Source of the DNA: an uncultured delta proteobacterium
GTDB taxonomy: Bacteria > Desulfobacterota > Desulfomonilia > Desulfomonilales > Desulfomonilaceae
NCBI GenBank assembly: GCA_963789265.1
Contig: CAWBKB010000003.1
Location: 480,001-544,000, forward strand
DNA: 64,000 nucleotides
Reading direction: 5' to 3'
Shown here piece by piece: positions 50,196-59,835 of this stretch. The stretch's first letter is position 1, and each line of letters opens with the position of its first letter. Under the pieces are notes generated by a model. That model was not told where the DNA came from, did no database searches, and saw only the letters and a program-made list of their open reading frames with translations. The position numbers and the translations under genes were made by a program.

Positions 50196-51557
50196 CTATT
50201 CGAGCCCGTGCCTCTTGATCTTGCGCCACAGAGATACTCGGTCTATGCTCAAGATTTCAGCCGCCAAGGTCTTGTTTCCCCCCGTTTCCGCCAACACCCT
50301 CTTGATATAATCGATTTCCTGTTCCTCAAGCGTTGGCAGCTTTCCATCCTTTCTTCGGAAAGTCTTGATTTTGAATTCTCTGATGTCTTCCGGCAAGTGA
50401 TCGATTTCGATTACACTATCCATTGCCAGCGCCATGCCGCGTTCTATAATATTCTCCAGTTCCCTGACATTTCCCGGAAAATCGTAATCTTTAAGGATAT
50501 TCATCACTTCAGGTGACATGGAAGGCGTGTTTCGCCCCATCAGCTTCGAATGTTTTTCGAGAAAGTGCTGGGCCAGCAATGGGATATCGTTCTTTCGGGC
50601 GGCAAGCGGCGGCAGATCGAGCGAAACCACGTTCAACCGATAGTACAGATCCTTGCGAAATTCATTTGTGTGAACCGCTTCCTGAACGTTCCTATTCGTG
50701 GCGGCAACAAATCGCACATTCACGGTTATTGTACGAGTCCCGCCTACTCTCATCATCTGTCTCTCCTGAATGACCCTGAGGAGCTTCACCTGCATGTTCG
50801 TGGACATTTCGGTGATCTCGTCAAGGAACAGAGTCCCCCCGCTTGCCAACTCTATGATGCCGGACTTGCCCGAATCGGCCCCTGTGTATGCGCCCTTTTC
50901 GTGGCCGAATAGTTCGTTTGTGAGCAACTCTTCGCCGAACACCCCGCAATTTACGGCCATCCATGGCCCGGAACCACGTTTGCTGTGCTCGTGTATGAAC
51001 CTCGCCAGAAGCTCCTTGCCGGTGCCGGATTCGCCACTTATGAGAACGTTACAGTCCGTGAGAGCAACTTGGCGGGCAGTATTCAGAATCCGTAACATTG
51101 CCGGGTCTTTGGTAATGATTCTTACTATGCCTGCATCCTTAAACTTCTTCAGATCTTCCTTAAGCTGAATGTTTTCCTGTCTCAATCTAATCTTCTCAAG
51201 TGCTTCGGATACGACCTTGCGAACAGCGTCGATGCGATAAGGCTTGGAAACATAATGGTACGCACCCTTCTTCATAGCTTCAATGGCTGAATCGACCGTA
51301 GCGTACCCAGTGATCATGATCACCTCACATGAGGGATTGAGCTTTCGGCTCTCTTCCAGGATCTTCATGCCGTCAACTTTTTCCATCCTAAGATCCGTCA
51401 GCACCACATCAAACCCGCCGCTCCTTGCCAGGTCCAATCCCTTGGGGCCCGTATCCGCGGTAACGATGTCATAACCCTGCTTTTTGAGTATGTGCTCGAG
51501 GTTCATCAACGCCATCTCTTCGTCGTCGATCAGGAGTAGTCGTGGAGGATTGTTCAT
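50196..51557 (-). CDS. Sigma54-dependent response regulator (NtrC family)
   Basis: REC, GESGTGKE, ELFGHEKGAYTGA, LFLDEI, PGNVREL, Fis HTH. Confidence 0.96.
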   Translation of the reverse strand: MNNPPRLLLIDDEEMALMNLEHILKKQGYDIVTADTGPKGLDLARSGGFDVVLTDLRMEKVDGMKILEESRKLNPSCEVIMITGYATVDSAIEAMKKGAYHYVSKPYRIDAVRKVVSEALEKIRLRQENIQLKEDLKKFKDAGIVRIITKDPAMLRILNTARQVALTDCNVLISGESGTGKELLARFIHEHSKRGSGPWMAVNCGVFGEELLTNELFGHEKGAYTGADSGKSGIIELASGGTLFLDEITEMSTNMQVKLLRVIQERQMMRVGGTRTITVNVRFVAATNRNVQEAVHTNEFRKDLYYRLNVVSLDLPPLAARKNDIPLLAQHFLEKHSKLMGRNTPSMSPEVMNILKDYDFPGNVRELENIIERGMALAMDSVIEIDHLPEDIREFKIKTFRRKDGKLPTLEEQEIDYIKRVLAETGGNKTLAAEILSIDRVSLWRKIKRHGLE

Positions 51558-53002
51558 TCCGGCGGCTCCTTGGCTGGCAACTTTATGGTAAACGAGGTTC
51601 CCAGGCCGGGGGTGCTCTTGACTTTGATCCGGCCGTTGTGCCTGACGATAATGTCGTGGGTGATGAAGAGTCCTAAACCCGTGCCCTTTCCTACATCCTT
51701 GGTTGTGAAAAAGGGGTCGAAAATCTTCGGCAAATCCTCTTCACGAATGCCTGCTCCCGTGTCCCGTATGACCATCGTGACCGTCTCGTCGTGTGACTCG
51801 TCCGCCCGGATCCTCACTTCTCCTTCCGTTCCACAGGCCTCGATGGCATTGGCTATCAGGTTCATAAAGGCTTGCTGGATCCTCTGTTTGTCAGCGAAAA
51901 TCGTCACGTGAGGAGGAATCTCGGAGAGCACCTCTACACCGGTTGGAATCTGCCCGTGCAGAAGTCCCAAGGTACTCTCAACGATTTGCTTCAGGTTTAG
52001 AGATTCTTTGAAGAATTCTTTATTTCGAGAAAACTCCAGCAGATTTAGGACAATGCCGCGGGCTTTATCGACCTGTTCCACAACCTTTCTTAGTACCTTC
52101 TTATGAAACTCCTTGTCGCCGTCATCAAGTTCTTCCAGAAGGATTTCGCAGGAAGACGAAATGTTCGAGAGGGGATTGTTTACCTCGTGGGCTACTCCCG
52201 CCAGCATTGTGCCGAGAGAGGCAAGCTTCTTGGATTGAACCAATTGCTCCTCTCTCGTCTTCAACTGAACCGCCATTCGGTTGAAAGAATTGAAAATATC
52301 CCGAATTTCCTTTTCAGGTGGTAAATTCTCAATGGGTGTGAATCGGCCCCGGGCTATGTTATGCGTGCTCTCCTCCAATAACCTCAGGGGCTTCATGACC
52401 TTAGCAAACACGAAGCTCCCGACCGCGATCAGACCGATCCCGACGAGGGCAAAAACCAGTAGCTGCAGCCTGACAGTCGTTCCCATGATCTGTTTGATGG
52501 ATTCTCGCTTGCGTTGGGCCACTTTTTTTGCAAAATCCGATATAGAGGAGCCTGCCTTTCGTATCCTGGTCTCAAATTCGGCCCTGCCCTGCGAGCCTGG
52601 AAGACACTTGTCGGCTAAAGCAGGGTTCAAACAATCCGATGCCAACTGTTCATATTCTCGGAGATCCCCCTTAAAACGCGCCTCCTTTTGCGAGGAGGAC
52701 AGGCCGTGTATCTTCGCGGCATTCTTGTTCAGAAGTTTCCGGACCCGGCTGAGATGGTACAAGGCTGTGTTTAAAGATCGTTGATCGCCATATAGAAAAT
52801 AGTTCTTTTCGAAGCGACGAATCTCCAGCACCGATTCTTCCAGTTTGCTGACATCTTCAAGATAGCCGATCTTTTCCTCAAGCTGATGCATAAAATAGTA
52901 GGATCCGAGAAGGCCAACGGACATAAACAGATAAAGTGCCGCCACAGCGATGATGACTTTGTGCCTGATGCTCAGCCTGTTACTAAGCATGTTAATGGGC
53001 AT
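51554..53002 (-). CDS. Membrane sensor histidine kinase (periplasmic sensor, HAMP, HisKA, HATPase)
   Basis: Two TM segments, AGVAHEVNNP, DTGAGI, FFTTK, GTGLGL; overlaps the regulator start. Confidence 0.95.
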   Translation of the reverse strand: MPINMLSNRLSIRHKVIIAVAALYLFMSVGLLGSYYFMHQLEEKIGYLEDVSKLEESVLEIRRFEKNYFLYGDQRSLNTALYHLSRVRKLLNKNAAKIHGLSSSQKEARFKGDLREYEQLASDCLNPALADKCLPGSQGRAEFETRIRKAGSSISDFAKKVAQRKRESIKQIMGTTVRLQLLVFALVGIGLIAVGSFVFAKVMKPLRLLEESTHNIARGRFTPIENLPPEKEIRDIFNSFNRMAVQLKTREEQLVQSKKLASLGTMLAGVAHEVNNPLSNISSSCEILLEELDDGDKEFHKKVLRKVVEQVDKARGIVLNLLEFSRNKEFFKESLNLKQIVESTLGLLHGQIPTGVEVLSEIPPHVTIFADKQRIQQAFMNLIANAIEACGTEGEVRIRADESHDETVTMVIRDTGAGIREEDLPKIFDPFFTTKDVGKGTGLGLFITHDIIVRHNGRIKVKSTPGLGTSFTIKLPAKEPPE

Positions 53003-53179
53003 TGATTATCCTCGGGCCGGCCTGCCGTGCAGGCCGGACTAAGATGCCCCAAGTATAGGGCAATATCCGTTCCATCTCGTGAGGCTCACCACCCGAGGCT
53101 AACATTCTTTTAATATTAGCATTATCAATGTTAAACTTCGTCGTGTTATGTGATGACACATCCTTACCGTCAAAGGCGT

Positions 53180-53515
53180 GTTGCATTATGCAACAATATC
53201 GCTGCTTACTGGACTGATCCGGTAAATTTGGGTATATTTTCTTTAAGACAGCGCGTCAAGCAATACGTTGCGTAACGCAACACTTTTCTCTCGGCTCGCA
53301 GCGTAAGATCGAAAAGAAAATCGTCGGCCGTAGCTAGAATCTGCAGATAACGCAAGCCTTCAGCGGTTCGCTCCCGCAGAAGACGGCGCAATCAATTGAC
53401 ACTTTTTCCGAATGATCTCTTCAGAGATATGCGGCGGAGCGAGCCCATGACGCTGGACGAGCTTTGGCGACCGGAAAGGTTGACGTTTCCCGAGGTCGTT
53501 GTTGCACAATGCAAC
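53180..53515. promoter_or_regulatory. Three GTTGCA-N3-TGCAAC sites
   Basis: GTTGCATTATGCAAC (53180), GTTGCGTAACGCAAC (53267), GTTGCACAATGCAAC (53501). Confidence 0.75.
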
Positions 53516-53689
53516 GCTCAGTCGGACTGTGCAAGATCATGTACCCTTTGCAAGCCTCCAACAATGAATCATGGAGTCGACCTGTTGCGACAACCTGTGG
53601 AGCGTTTACCATTGCCCAATTCTGGAGATACAGCGGATGGGTTGTCGAATGCTTGCTCTATTCCAGGGCCGGACGGTCATTATCAATTT

Positions 53690-53705
53690 TGGCATTTAAG
53701 TTGCA
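53690..53705 (+). promoter_or_regulatory. Sigma54 promoter
   Basis: TGGCATTTAAGTTGCA, followed by AGGAGG RBS and ATG 53730. Confidence 0.75.
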
Positions 53706-53729
53706 TCCTAAGAGAAGAAGGAGGTTGCC

Positions 53730-54443
53730 ATGAAAAAGACCAAGAAAAAAATTACCTCCATGCTGAATGCTATCACATCTTCGGGCTCGACGGGCGGTGA
53801 GAGCCCCGACGAACCGACTCGCGATAGACCCGGATCCGGACAGTCCGGTGAGTCAGGCTCCGCAAACCAAGCGGTTCCGACCAAATCGAGACTCCAGAGT
53901 TTTCGCGAACGTTTGCAGAAGCAGATGGCAGCAATTGCTTACGCAGAGGTTGGCGAGTTTCAGACAGCCACAGAACTCGCAGCGACTTCGGAACCATCCA
54001 AAACCGTCCTTCTCGTTATCGAGGGCGAGTCTCCGGATCCCGCGCCGTTCGCCTACGCGTTGAATTTATGCAAGCGAACAAACGCGGAACTGGACGTCCT
54101 TCAGGTGATCGAACAATCGCGGGAAGGTGAAGACTATGAGCTATTAAGTCACAAGATGATGGAAGGCTCTCGTAATATTGTGGCTCTTGTCCGACAATTG
54201 GAAGAGGATGACATCCCGTTCAAAGTGACCATAAGACTTGGCGACGCAAGCCAGAAGCTGTTCAATTATGCTAAGCGGCACAAGGATGTCGCAATGGTGA
54301 TATTCGATTCGCCTAGACTACGAAAAGAGACTGAGAAGAGCCAGGCATGGGTAAAGGTCCTTGAAAGCATTTCCCACCAACTCTCTATTCCACTTATAAC
54401 TGTGCTGGAAAAACAGGCCGTGCCTCTGCCTGTGCGAGGGTGA
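53730..54443 (+). CDS. Universal stress protein-like, with N-terminal AIAYAEVGE motif
   Basis: KTVLLVIEG...FAYALNLCKRTNAELDVLQV...IRLGD...SIPLITV. Confidence 0.75.
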   Translation: MKKTKKKITSMLNAITSSGSTGGESPDEPTRDRPGSGQSGESGSANQAVPTKSRLQSFRERLQKQMAAIAYAEVGEFQTATELAATSEPSKTVLLVIEGESPDPAPFAYALNLCKRTNAELDVLQVIEQSREGEDYELLSHKMMEGSRNIVALVRQLEEDDIPFKVTIRLGDASQKLFNYAKRHKDVAMVIFDSPRLRKETEKSQAWVKVLESISHQLSIPLITVLEKQAVPLPVRG

Positions 54444-54565
54444 GCTAATTCTCTGCCGCCGGTGACGCTTTCATTCTTGAGCGGTCCACCCACGGTAATT
54501 TTACCGTTTCTGTTGAGATCGGCGGCTTCCCGCCGCAACAGGCGGGCTGATCATGGGCAACCGAG

Positions 54566-54751
54566 TCACATCTCCTCAATTTTGATGGCCTGTTCAGGGC
54601 ATACAACCACGCATGAATCGCATTTCGTACAGTCCCCAGGTTTGGCCACTCGCACTCCTTCAGCGTCCATATCAAACACGTCCTCAGGGCATATTCTGAA
54701 ACAGTCACCGTGGTTCTTGCATTTGCTCGCATCTATTTTTGGAAAGTACAT
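54566..54751 (-). CDS. Dicluster ferredoxin
   Basis: CKNHGDCFRICP and CTKCDSCVVVCP. Confidence 0.9.
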   Translation of the reverse strand: MYFPKIDASKCKNHGDCFRICPEDVFDMDAEGVRVAKPGDCTKCDSCVVVCPEQAIKIEEM

Positions 54752-54756
54752 ATCCT

Positions 54757-55866
54757 CTAATCAGCTACCTGACGCAGTTTGGTAACCGGCTTGCGACTTT
54801 TAGATCTCTCCCAAAGCCAGTCCGAGACGAGGGGAGGTAAGTTCTTCTGCGTCTTGGACGAAACATATATTCCGATGTGCCCTACAGGGAAAGCGGTTGT
54901 GGTAACGTCCCTGCTGCCCACGTACTTCTCTAACGGCCTCGAAGAGGACGGCGGGACAAGATGATCCTGCTCTGCATAGATGTTCAAGATAGGCTGCGTG
55001 ATCTTTTTGAGATCAACTTTGCGATTACTAATTTCGAGTTCGCCTTTGACCAACTTGTTCCCCTGATAAAGGTCCTTCACGAACTTTTTCCATGTTGCTC
55101 CAGCCTGATCCGGGCTGTCAAAAATCCATCTTTCCATCCTCAGGAATGATTCCACATTCTTTGGATTGTCCATTGATTCCAAAAAGTTAACGTACTTATC
55201 CATCATAAGTGAAAATGGTTTCAGCATCAGGAATCCTACATTGAGAAAATCACCGGGTATATTCCCGAGAGTATCAGCCATAAGATCCGCATTGAGGTAG
55301 CGGGCCCAAAGGTTTAGAAGCCCGTCGTCCGCCGAAAAATCTATCGGGGCCACCATGAGCACGAGATTGCGGATCTTTTCAGGATAAAGCGCGGTGAAAA
55401 TGGCAGACAGTGTCCCGCCTTGACAGACACCCAGAAGATTGATGGCCGGCACCCCAGTCCGCTCCCTGACGAAATCCACAGCATCGGACAAATAGACGTC
55501 AATGTAGTCGTCAAATTCGACGAACCGGTCCATTTTCCCGGCATATCCCCAATCAATCATGTAGATGTCCATGCCCAGATTCAGGAGATTTTTTATGAGG
55601 CTGCGATCGGGCTGCAAGTCCATCATGTACTGGCGGTTGACCAGTGCGTAACAGATCAGCAAAGGAACGGGGCAGACTGTATCGCTCGTGGGTTCGTAAT
55701 GATAGACCGTCATCTTGTCTTCTTGAAACACGGGGGTCTTTTCGGTAGCTTCGCCATTAATTTCTCCGGTTGCGATCAAGTTGTTGAGTCCTCGTGCCAT
55801 TTTCTCAGTTGTTTCAATCCAGCGTGCGGCAAATCTTCCTGCAAGCTGCTCGTCAAATGTTTTCAT
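54757..55866 (-). CDS. phaC: Class III PHA synthase subunit PhaC
   Basis: PLLICYALVNRQYMMDLQ, LLGVCQGGT, WIFDSPDQAG, AEQDHLVPP, GHIG. Confidence 0.96.
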   Translation of the reverse strand: MKTFDEQLAGRFAARWIETTEKMARGLNNLIATGEINGEATEKTPVFQEDKMTVYHYEPTSDTVCPVPLLICYALVNRQYMMDLQPDRSLIKNLLNLGMDIYMIDWGYAGKMDRFVEFDDYIDVYLSDAVDFVRERTGVPAINLLGVCQGGTLSAIFTALYPEKIRNLVLMVAPIDFSADDGLLNLWARYLNADLMADTLGNIPGDFLNVGFLMLKPFSLMMDKYVNFLESMDNPKNVESFLRMERWIFDSPDQAGATWKKFVKDLYQGNKLVKGELEISNRKVDLKKITQPILNIYAEQDHLVPPSSSRPLEKYVGSRDVTTTAFPVGHIGIYVSSKTQKNLPPLVSDWLWERSKSRKPVTKLRQVAD

Positions 55867-56909
55867 GACACAATCTCCTTGGCGCGGTTGTCTACAATTT
55901 TTTGCTTCAAAGTTTTCAATTCCAGCTCGAGAGTGCGGATCCTTTTCTTCATGTGATAGACCGCTTCGTACACTTCGTCCATGTCCTTCTTGCTGGGAAT
56001 ATTCCAGAAAGAGAGCCCGTCCGCTGTGACCGTGTCCATTTTCTTTTTGGCATCAAGGCCTCTGTGGACCGTGTTGGCTAATGTTTGGCAGAAAGTCTCG
56101 GATCTGAAGAGATCGATGAACGCGTCCTCGTTATTGGAAACCCAAATCTTATAGAATAGCTGATAGGTTTCAGGAGTGACCTCTTTTATGTCCATCTTAA
56201 CAATATGGTCCACCACGTTATCCATAGCGGTTCTTGCGGCGGCGAGCACCTGCTCTTGAAAAACCGGCAGTGTATTCAAGAATCTGATTTGAGCGTCTAG
56301 GGCCTTTTTTGTCCGCTCCTCGTATTCGCGAGTCAAACCCAGTCCCGGCAAACGAAAGAGCTTGCCCACTGTTTTTTCATAGGTTTCAGTCCAAAGAGAG
56401 AATAGATTTTTACCTGTCCCCGCGGTGCCTGGAAAGCTCCATCCCAAAGACGCAGCCATGTCGCCGAATTGCGGCATCGGGCTGTCTCGTAAGCCCGCGA
56501 AATTTTCCATGAATGAACGCCACGGTTGCATTGCGCGCTCAATTTCACTGGCAGCAGGAACTCCAAACATCTCGCGTACCAATTTCTCGTGGGCTTGTGC
56601 CCATTTGTCCTTCATTCCTTTCAGGGTGCCCGGGTCGGCGGCATGCTTCACTAATTCGGGCAGGTCCTGTGCTGCCAGATTAACCAACTCTTGAAATTTC
56701 AGAGCGATGGAACTTGAATCAACAATTTTTGCAAATGTTGAGGGGTTGATCCAGTTCAGCATGAGCTTCTGATAATTATTATAAACATTTTGTACACCCG
56801 CGCCTTTGACAGCCTCACTCCATGCCGTTGCCAGTCGAGCGGAAGATTCCGACATATTCTTGACAAATTCTTCCTGCATCTTTGTAACATTTGCTGTTTG
56901 CATTTGCAT
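55863..56909 (-). CDS. phaE: Class III PHA synthase subunit PhaE
   Basis: PGLGLTRE, FYKIWV...EDAF...FRSE, NIPSKKDMDEVY plus coiled coil; overlaps phaC. Confidence 0.9.
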   Translation of the reverse strand: MQMQTANVTKMQEEFVKNMSESSARLATAWSEAVKGAGVQNVYNNYQKLMLNWINPSTFAKIVDSSSIALKFQELVNLAAQDLPELVKHAADPGTLKGMKDKWAQAHEKLVREMFGVPAASEIERAMQPWRSFMENFAGLRDSPMPQFGDMAASLGWSFPGTAGTGKNLFSLWTETYEKTVGKLFRLPGLGLTREYEERTKKALDAQIRFLNTLPVFQEQVLAAARTAMDNVVDHIVKMDIKEVTPETYQLFYKIWVSNNEDAFIDLFRSETFCQTLANTVHRGLDAKKKMDTVTADGLSFWNIPSKKDMDEVYEAVYHMKKRIRTLELELKTLKQKIVDNRAKEIVS

Positions 56910-57001
56910 TACCCCACTTTTAATTGTCTTGGAAAAGGTTATGCTGATGATTCTCGATATATGCAGACACTGCAATTTGGTCGCAAAATAATTACCGCGA
57001 C

Positions 57002-57406
57002 TCAATCCACGTTTTCGACGAGAACCACGGATTCTCCGGTGAGGATCAATTCACCCTTTTGATTTTCGCAATTGGTTTCCAGCGTGATGATAGGCTTGTC
57101 TTGCCGTACTTGGAGGACCTTCACCTTAGCCGTCAAAGTGTCGCCGGGAAACACAGGGGCCCGAAACTTCACGGTTTGGCTAAGATATATGGTCCCGGGA
57201 CCAGGGAGCTTTGTCCCCAAAACCGCAGAAATGAGAGACAGGCCCCACATGCCGTGTGCGATCCGCCGCCCAAAGCGCGTCTTTTTGGCGAAATCCGGGT
57301 CCACATGGACCGGATTCATGTCCCCGACCAGTTTTGCAAATTGTTCTATGTCGCTTTGGGTCACGGTCTTTGCAAGTGTGGCCGTGTCGCCTTCTTTAGG
57401 TATCAT
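57002..57406 (-). CDS. phaJ: MaoC-family (R)-specific enoyl-CoA hydratase
   Basis: GDMNPVH, IAHGM, LPGPGTIYLSQ. Confidence 0.9.
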   Translation of the reverse strand: MIPKEGDTATLAKTVTQSDIEQFAKLVGDMNPVHVDPDFAKKTRFGRRIAHGMWGLSLISAVLGTKLPGPGTIYLSQTVKFRAPVFPGDTLTAKVKVLQVRQDKPIITLETNCENQKGELILTGESVVLVENVD

Positions 57407-57571
57407 ATCTTCTCTCCCCGACTTCAATTAAGAAAACCGGCATCAACCAAGCAAGTGTCGTGGTATCAAATTTCAAAGGAATCCGCCGGGTCGCCCGGTG
57501 CCAAGGATCGGCCCGACTAATATTTCCAATTTGTAAATCGCTGCCGGCGGTTTATGGGGGTCGCAACAGGA

Positions 57572-57603
57572 GGCGCCGGGGGTGAAAAATTGTTTCCCGG
57601 CGC
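57572..57603 (-). terminator. Hairpin downstream of the phasin-like gene
   Basis: GCGCCGGG...CCCGGCGC. Confidence 0.45.
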
Positions 57604-57615
57604 TCATGTCCAAGG

Positions 57616-57999
57616 TCAGGCCTGGGGGTGAGAGGCCCCTTCTTTAAGAAAATTTGCCAAGTTGCCGAAAAACTCTCGCGTCTTCTGTTCCTGATTCTGC
57701 TGAACGCTCTTTAATTCTTCCCAGTTTTGTCGAATTTGCTTCTCCATTGCCTGGCGATAGCTTCTGGTTTCCTTCAGAGACTTCAACAACATCTCCAGGC
57801 TTTGATCCATCATCTGGTTCCAACTCGATACACTCATCTGGTAACCGGACCGCATCATCTCCATCCACGGATTAACATTTTCACCCATCGCAAACCCAGG
57901 GCCCGGCCAAGGCATATCCGAGACCGCCTTGCGCCAGTAATCCATAATCTCCGTGTTCATCTTCGTCATTTGCTCGTAGGCATCAAGTAATTGATTCAT
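57616..57999 (-). CDS. Putative phasin
   Basis: 127-aa amphipathic, Met/Gln-rich helical protein in the pha cluster; AAGGAG RBS. Confidence 0.6.
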   Translation of the reverse strand: MNQLLDAYEQMTKMNTEIMDYWRKAVSDMPWPGPGFAMGENVNPWMEMMRSGYQMSVSSWNQMMDQSLEMLLKSLKETRSYRQAMEKQIRQNWEELKSVQQNQEQKTREFFGNLANFLKEGASHPQA

Positions 58000-58239
58000 T
58001 TTCTTCTCCTTGGTTCAAAAGTTAAGTCAATTGAAAGAGTTTGTGGCGAATAAAGTTTTAAGCCAATCTGTAATAGCTCTTTCTTCCAGCAAGAATTCTA
58101 TGGACCCCTGAGGATTAAATATATCCCAGTCCGGCAATGATTGTCAACACTGGCCATTCGCACTTTCAGTCATCTGAACGCCAAATCCCCACCGGGCGTT
58201 TCGGGTGCAAGTGGGTTCCAAGCGGCCCTGGAGACCGGG

Positions 58240-59835
58240 TCAGCGCGTCGGAGGACCCGGTTGCAGCACCAAGTTCAGGAGAGCCTTTTCACGGGACATG
58301 GCTTCATCCAAGTCCAGATGAAACCGCACCGGACCTCGTTGACCGTTGGGTAATCTCTTGTGCAGGGCATACTCAGAATCCGGATCCGACCAGGTAGTAA
58401 ATATGGCCGCGTGTCCTTTCGGGAGCTCGGTAACCTCCGCTTCCACGAAATCCAGCGGAGCCAAAGCGGAGGGCGGTTCCACAAGTTTGTCGTCTCTACC
58501 ATAGCAAATCAGCAACTTGATACCTTTTTCCCTAATGTACTTTAAATTAAGTCGCCGTCCGAACAACTTGAAAGGCAAATCGCCATCGGCGGAAATGGGA
58601 ACTGTGTACCAAAGTCTACTCAATTCGGTAATGGCTATAGGCAAGTCGGTTCGATCGTACACCAGCCAGTGGTTGATGGCTGCCGCGGTTTTGCCGATAC
58701 CCTTAACCCCATCCCGCACATTTTCCTCGAATGCATCTATGTCGCTGTAATATGTGTATAGCGGAGCCTCCTTTTCGATGCTCTTCAATTTATAGACCCA
58801 GCTCATGATTTTGCCATCTATCACGCGATTTCCATTAGGCAGTGTCTTGGTGGCGTAGGCCAGGCTCCGGAATCTTGGGACCACTTCATCGAGGTAATGT
58901 TTCAGCCCTTCGCTTTTCGTACCGTCTATCGGTGAGTTGCTGGTGATCAGCGCGTCCACCAAGCCTTCAAGCTCACCTGACAGCAAAGCGGTCAGCAAAT
59001 TGAAGCCTCCCTGACATGCACCGTTGAGTGTCACTTTCTTGCCGTGGCGCCCAACTATGACTTCACTAAATCGCCGTGTGTCCAAAACATCGTCTTCGCC
59101 GGTCATCACTTGCACTCCAGGGTAAGTATCAATTTCTTTGATTATCCTGACGTACGTGGGGATGCCCTGGTTGGCGAACGTGTGCACGTAGCTCTTTCGT
59201 TCGCCTGGAAGGAATGCAAGAATATTTGGTCCCAAAACGTAGGGATGCGCAATAAGGATAGGCTTTACCTCGGGACGGACCCTGACGTTCGGCTCCGTCG
59301 GGAGTACCTGGTAAAGGCTCATCCTTTCAGTCTCATCGACCAGCGTGTATCTTCCGTTGTCAAAATGGAAGCCAAACTCTTTTTCGATGTCCGCGATCGC
59401 CTCGGGATAGTCCGTGAGGAGTCTCTCGAGCGCCTCGGCCTCTTTGGCCATGTACTCGTCCACGGTTTCCCCGTGTCGGCCCTCCACTGTGTTGATGAAG
59501 GCAAATGCGAATCGCTGGAACTCACGCAAGTGGTATCCGAGGGCCTTGTTCACAGAGCTTTGCCATGCGGTACCGGAAAGCATTAAATTAAAGGCCAAGA
59601 GTTCCGCGTAATCGCGGACGTTTTCAAAAGTGCTTTCCCGAAATATTCTGGTCTCTTCGTCCCTGAAAGACCTTGAGGCCAAGAAAAAGGGCTCGAGAAA
59701 AGCGTTGCCGTACCGGAACATACCGGTCCAGTAAAACGCAGCTATTCTCATGCCGTTTAGAGTTGCCGACCATGCTTTGAGTGGCATTGTCCAAAAATTC
59801 ATAAACAGATTTTCGTTTGCTATGGACTTTTCCAT
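58240..59835 (-). CDS. PhaC-like alpha/beta-hydrolase with Cys nucleophile
   Basis: KPILIAHPYVLGPNIL, LNGACQGG, GRDDKLVEP, PKGH; GGAGG RBS. Confidence 0.8.
   Translation of the reverse strand: MEKSIANENLFMNFWTMPLKAWSATLNGMRIAAFYWTGMFRYGNAFLEPFFLASRSFRDEETRIFRESTFENVRDYAELLAFNLMLSGTAWQSSVNKALGYHLREFQRFAFAFINTVEGRHGETVDEYMAKEAEALERLLTDYPEAIADIEKEFGFHFDNGRYTLVDETERMSLYQVLPTEPNVRVRPEVKPILIAHPYVLGPNILAFLPGERKSYVHTFANQGIPTYVRIIKEIDTYPGVQVMTGEDDVLDTRRFSEVIVGRHGKKVTLNGACQGGFNLLTALLSGELEGLVDALITSNSPIDGTKSEGLKHYLDEVVPRFRSLAYATKTLPNGNRVIDGKIMSWVYKLKSIEKEAPLYTYYSDIDAFEENVRDGVKGIGKTAAAINHWLVYDRTDLPIAITELSRLWYTVPISADGDLPFKLFGRRLNLKYIREKGIKLLICYGRDDKLVEPPSALAPLDFVEAEVTELPKGHAAIFTTWSDPDSEYALHKRLPNGQRGPVRFHLDLDEAMSREKALLNLVLQPGPPTR

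Noticed and set aside
53206..53800. Short ORFs between the kinase and USP genes
   Set aside because: No motifs; the region is explained by enhancer sites and promoters.
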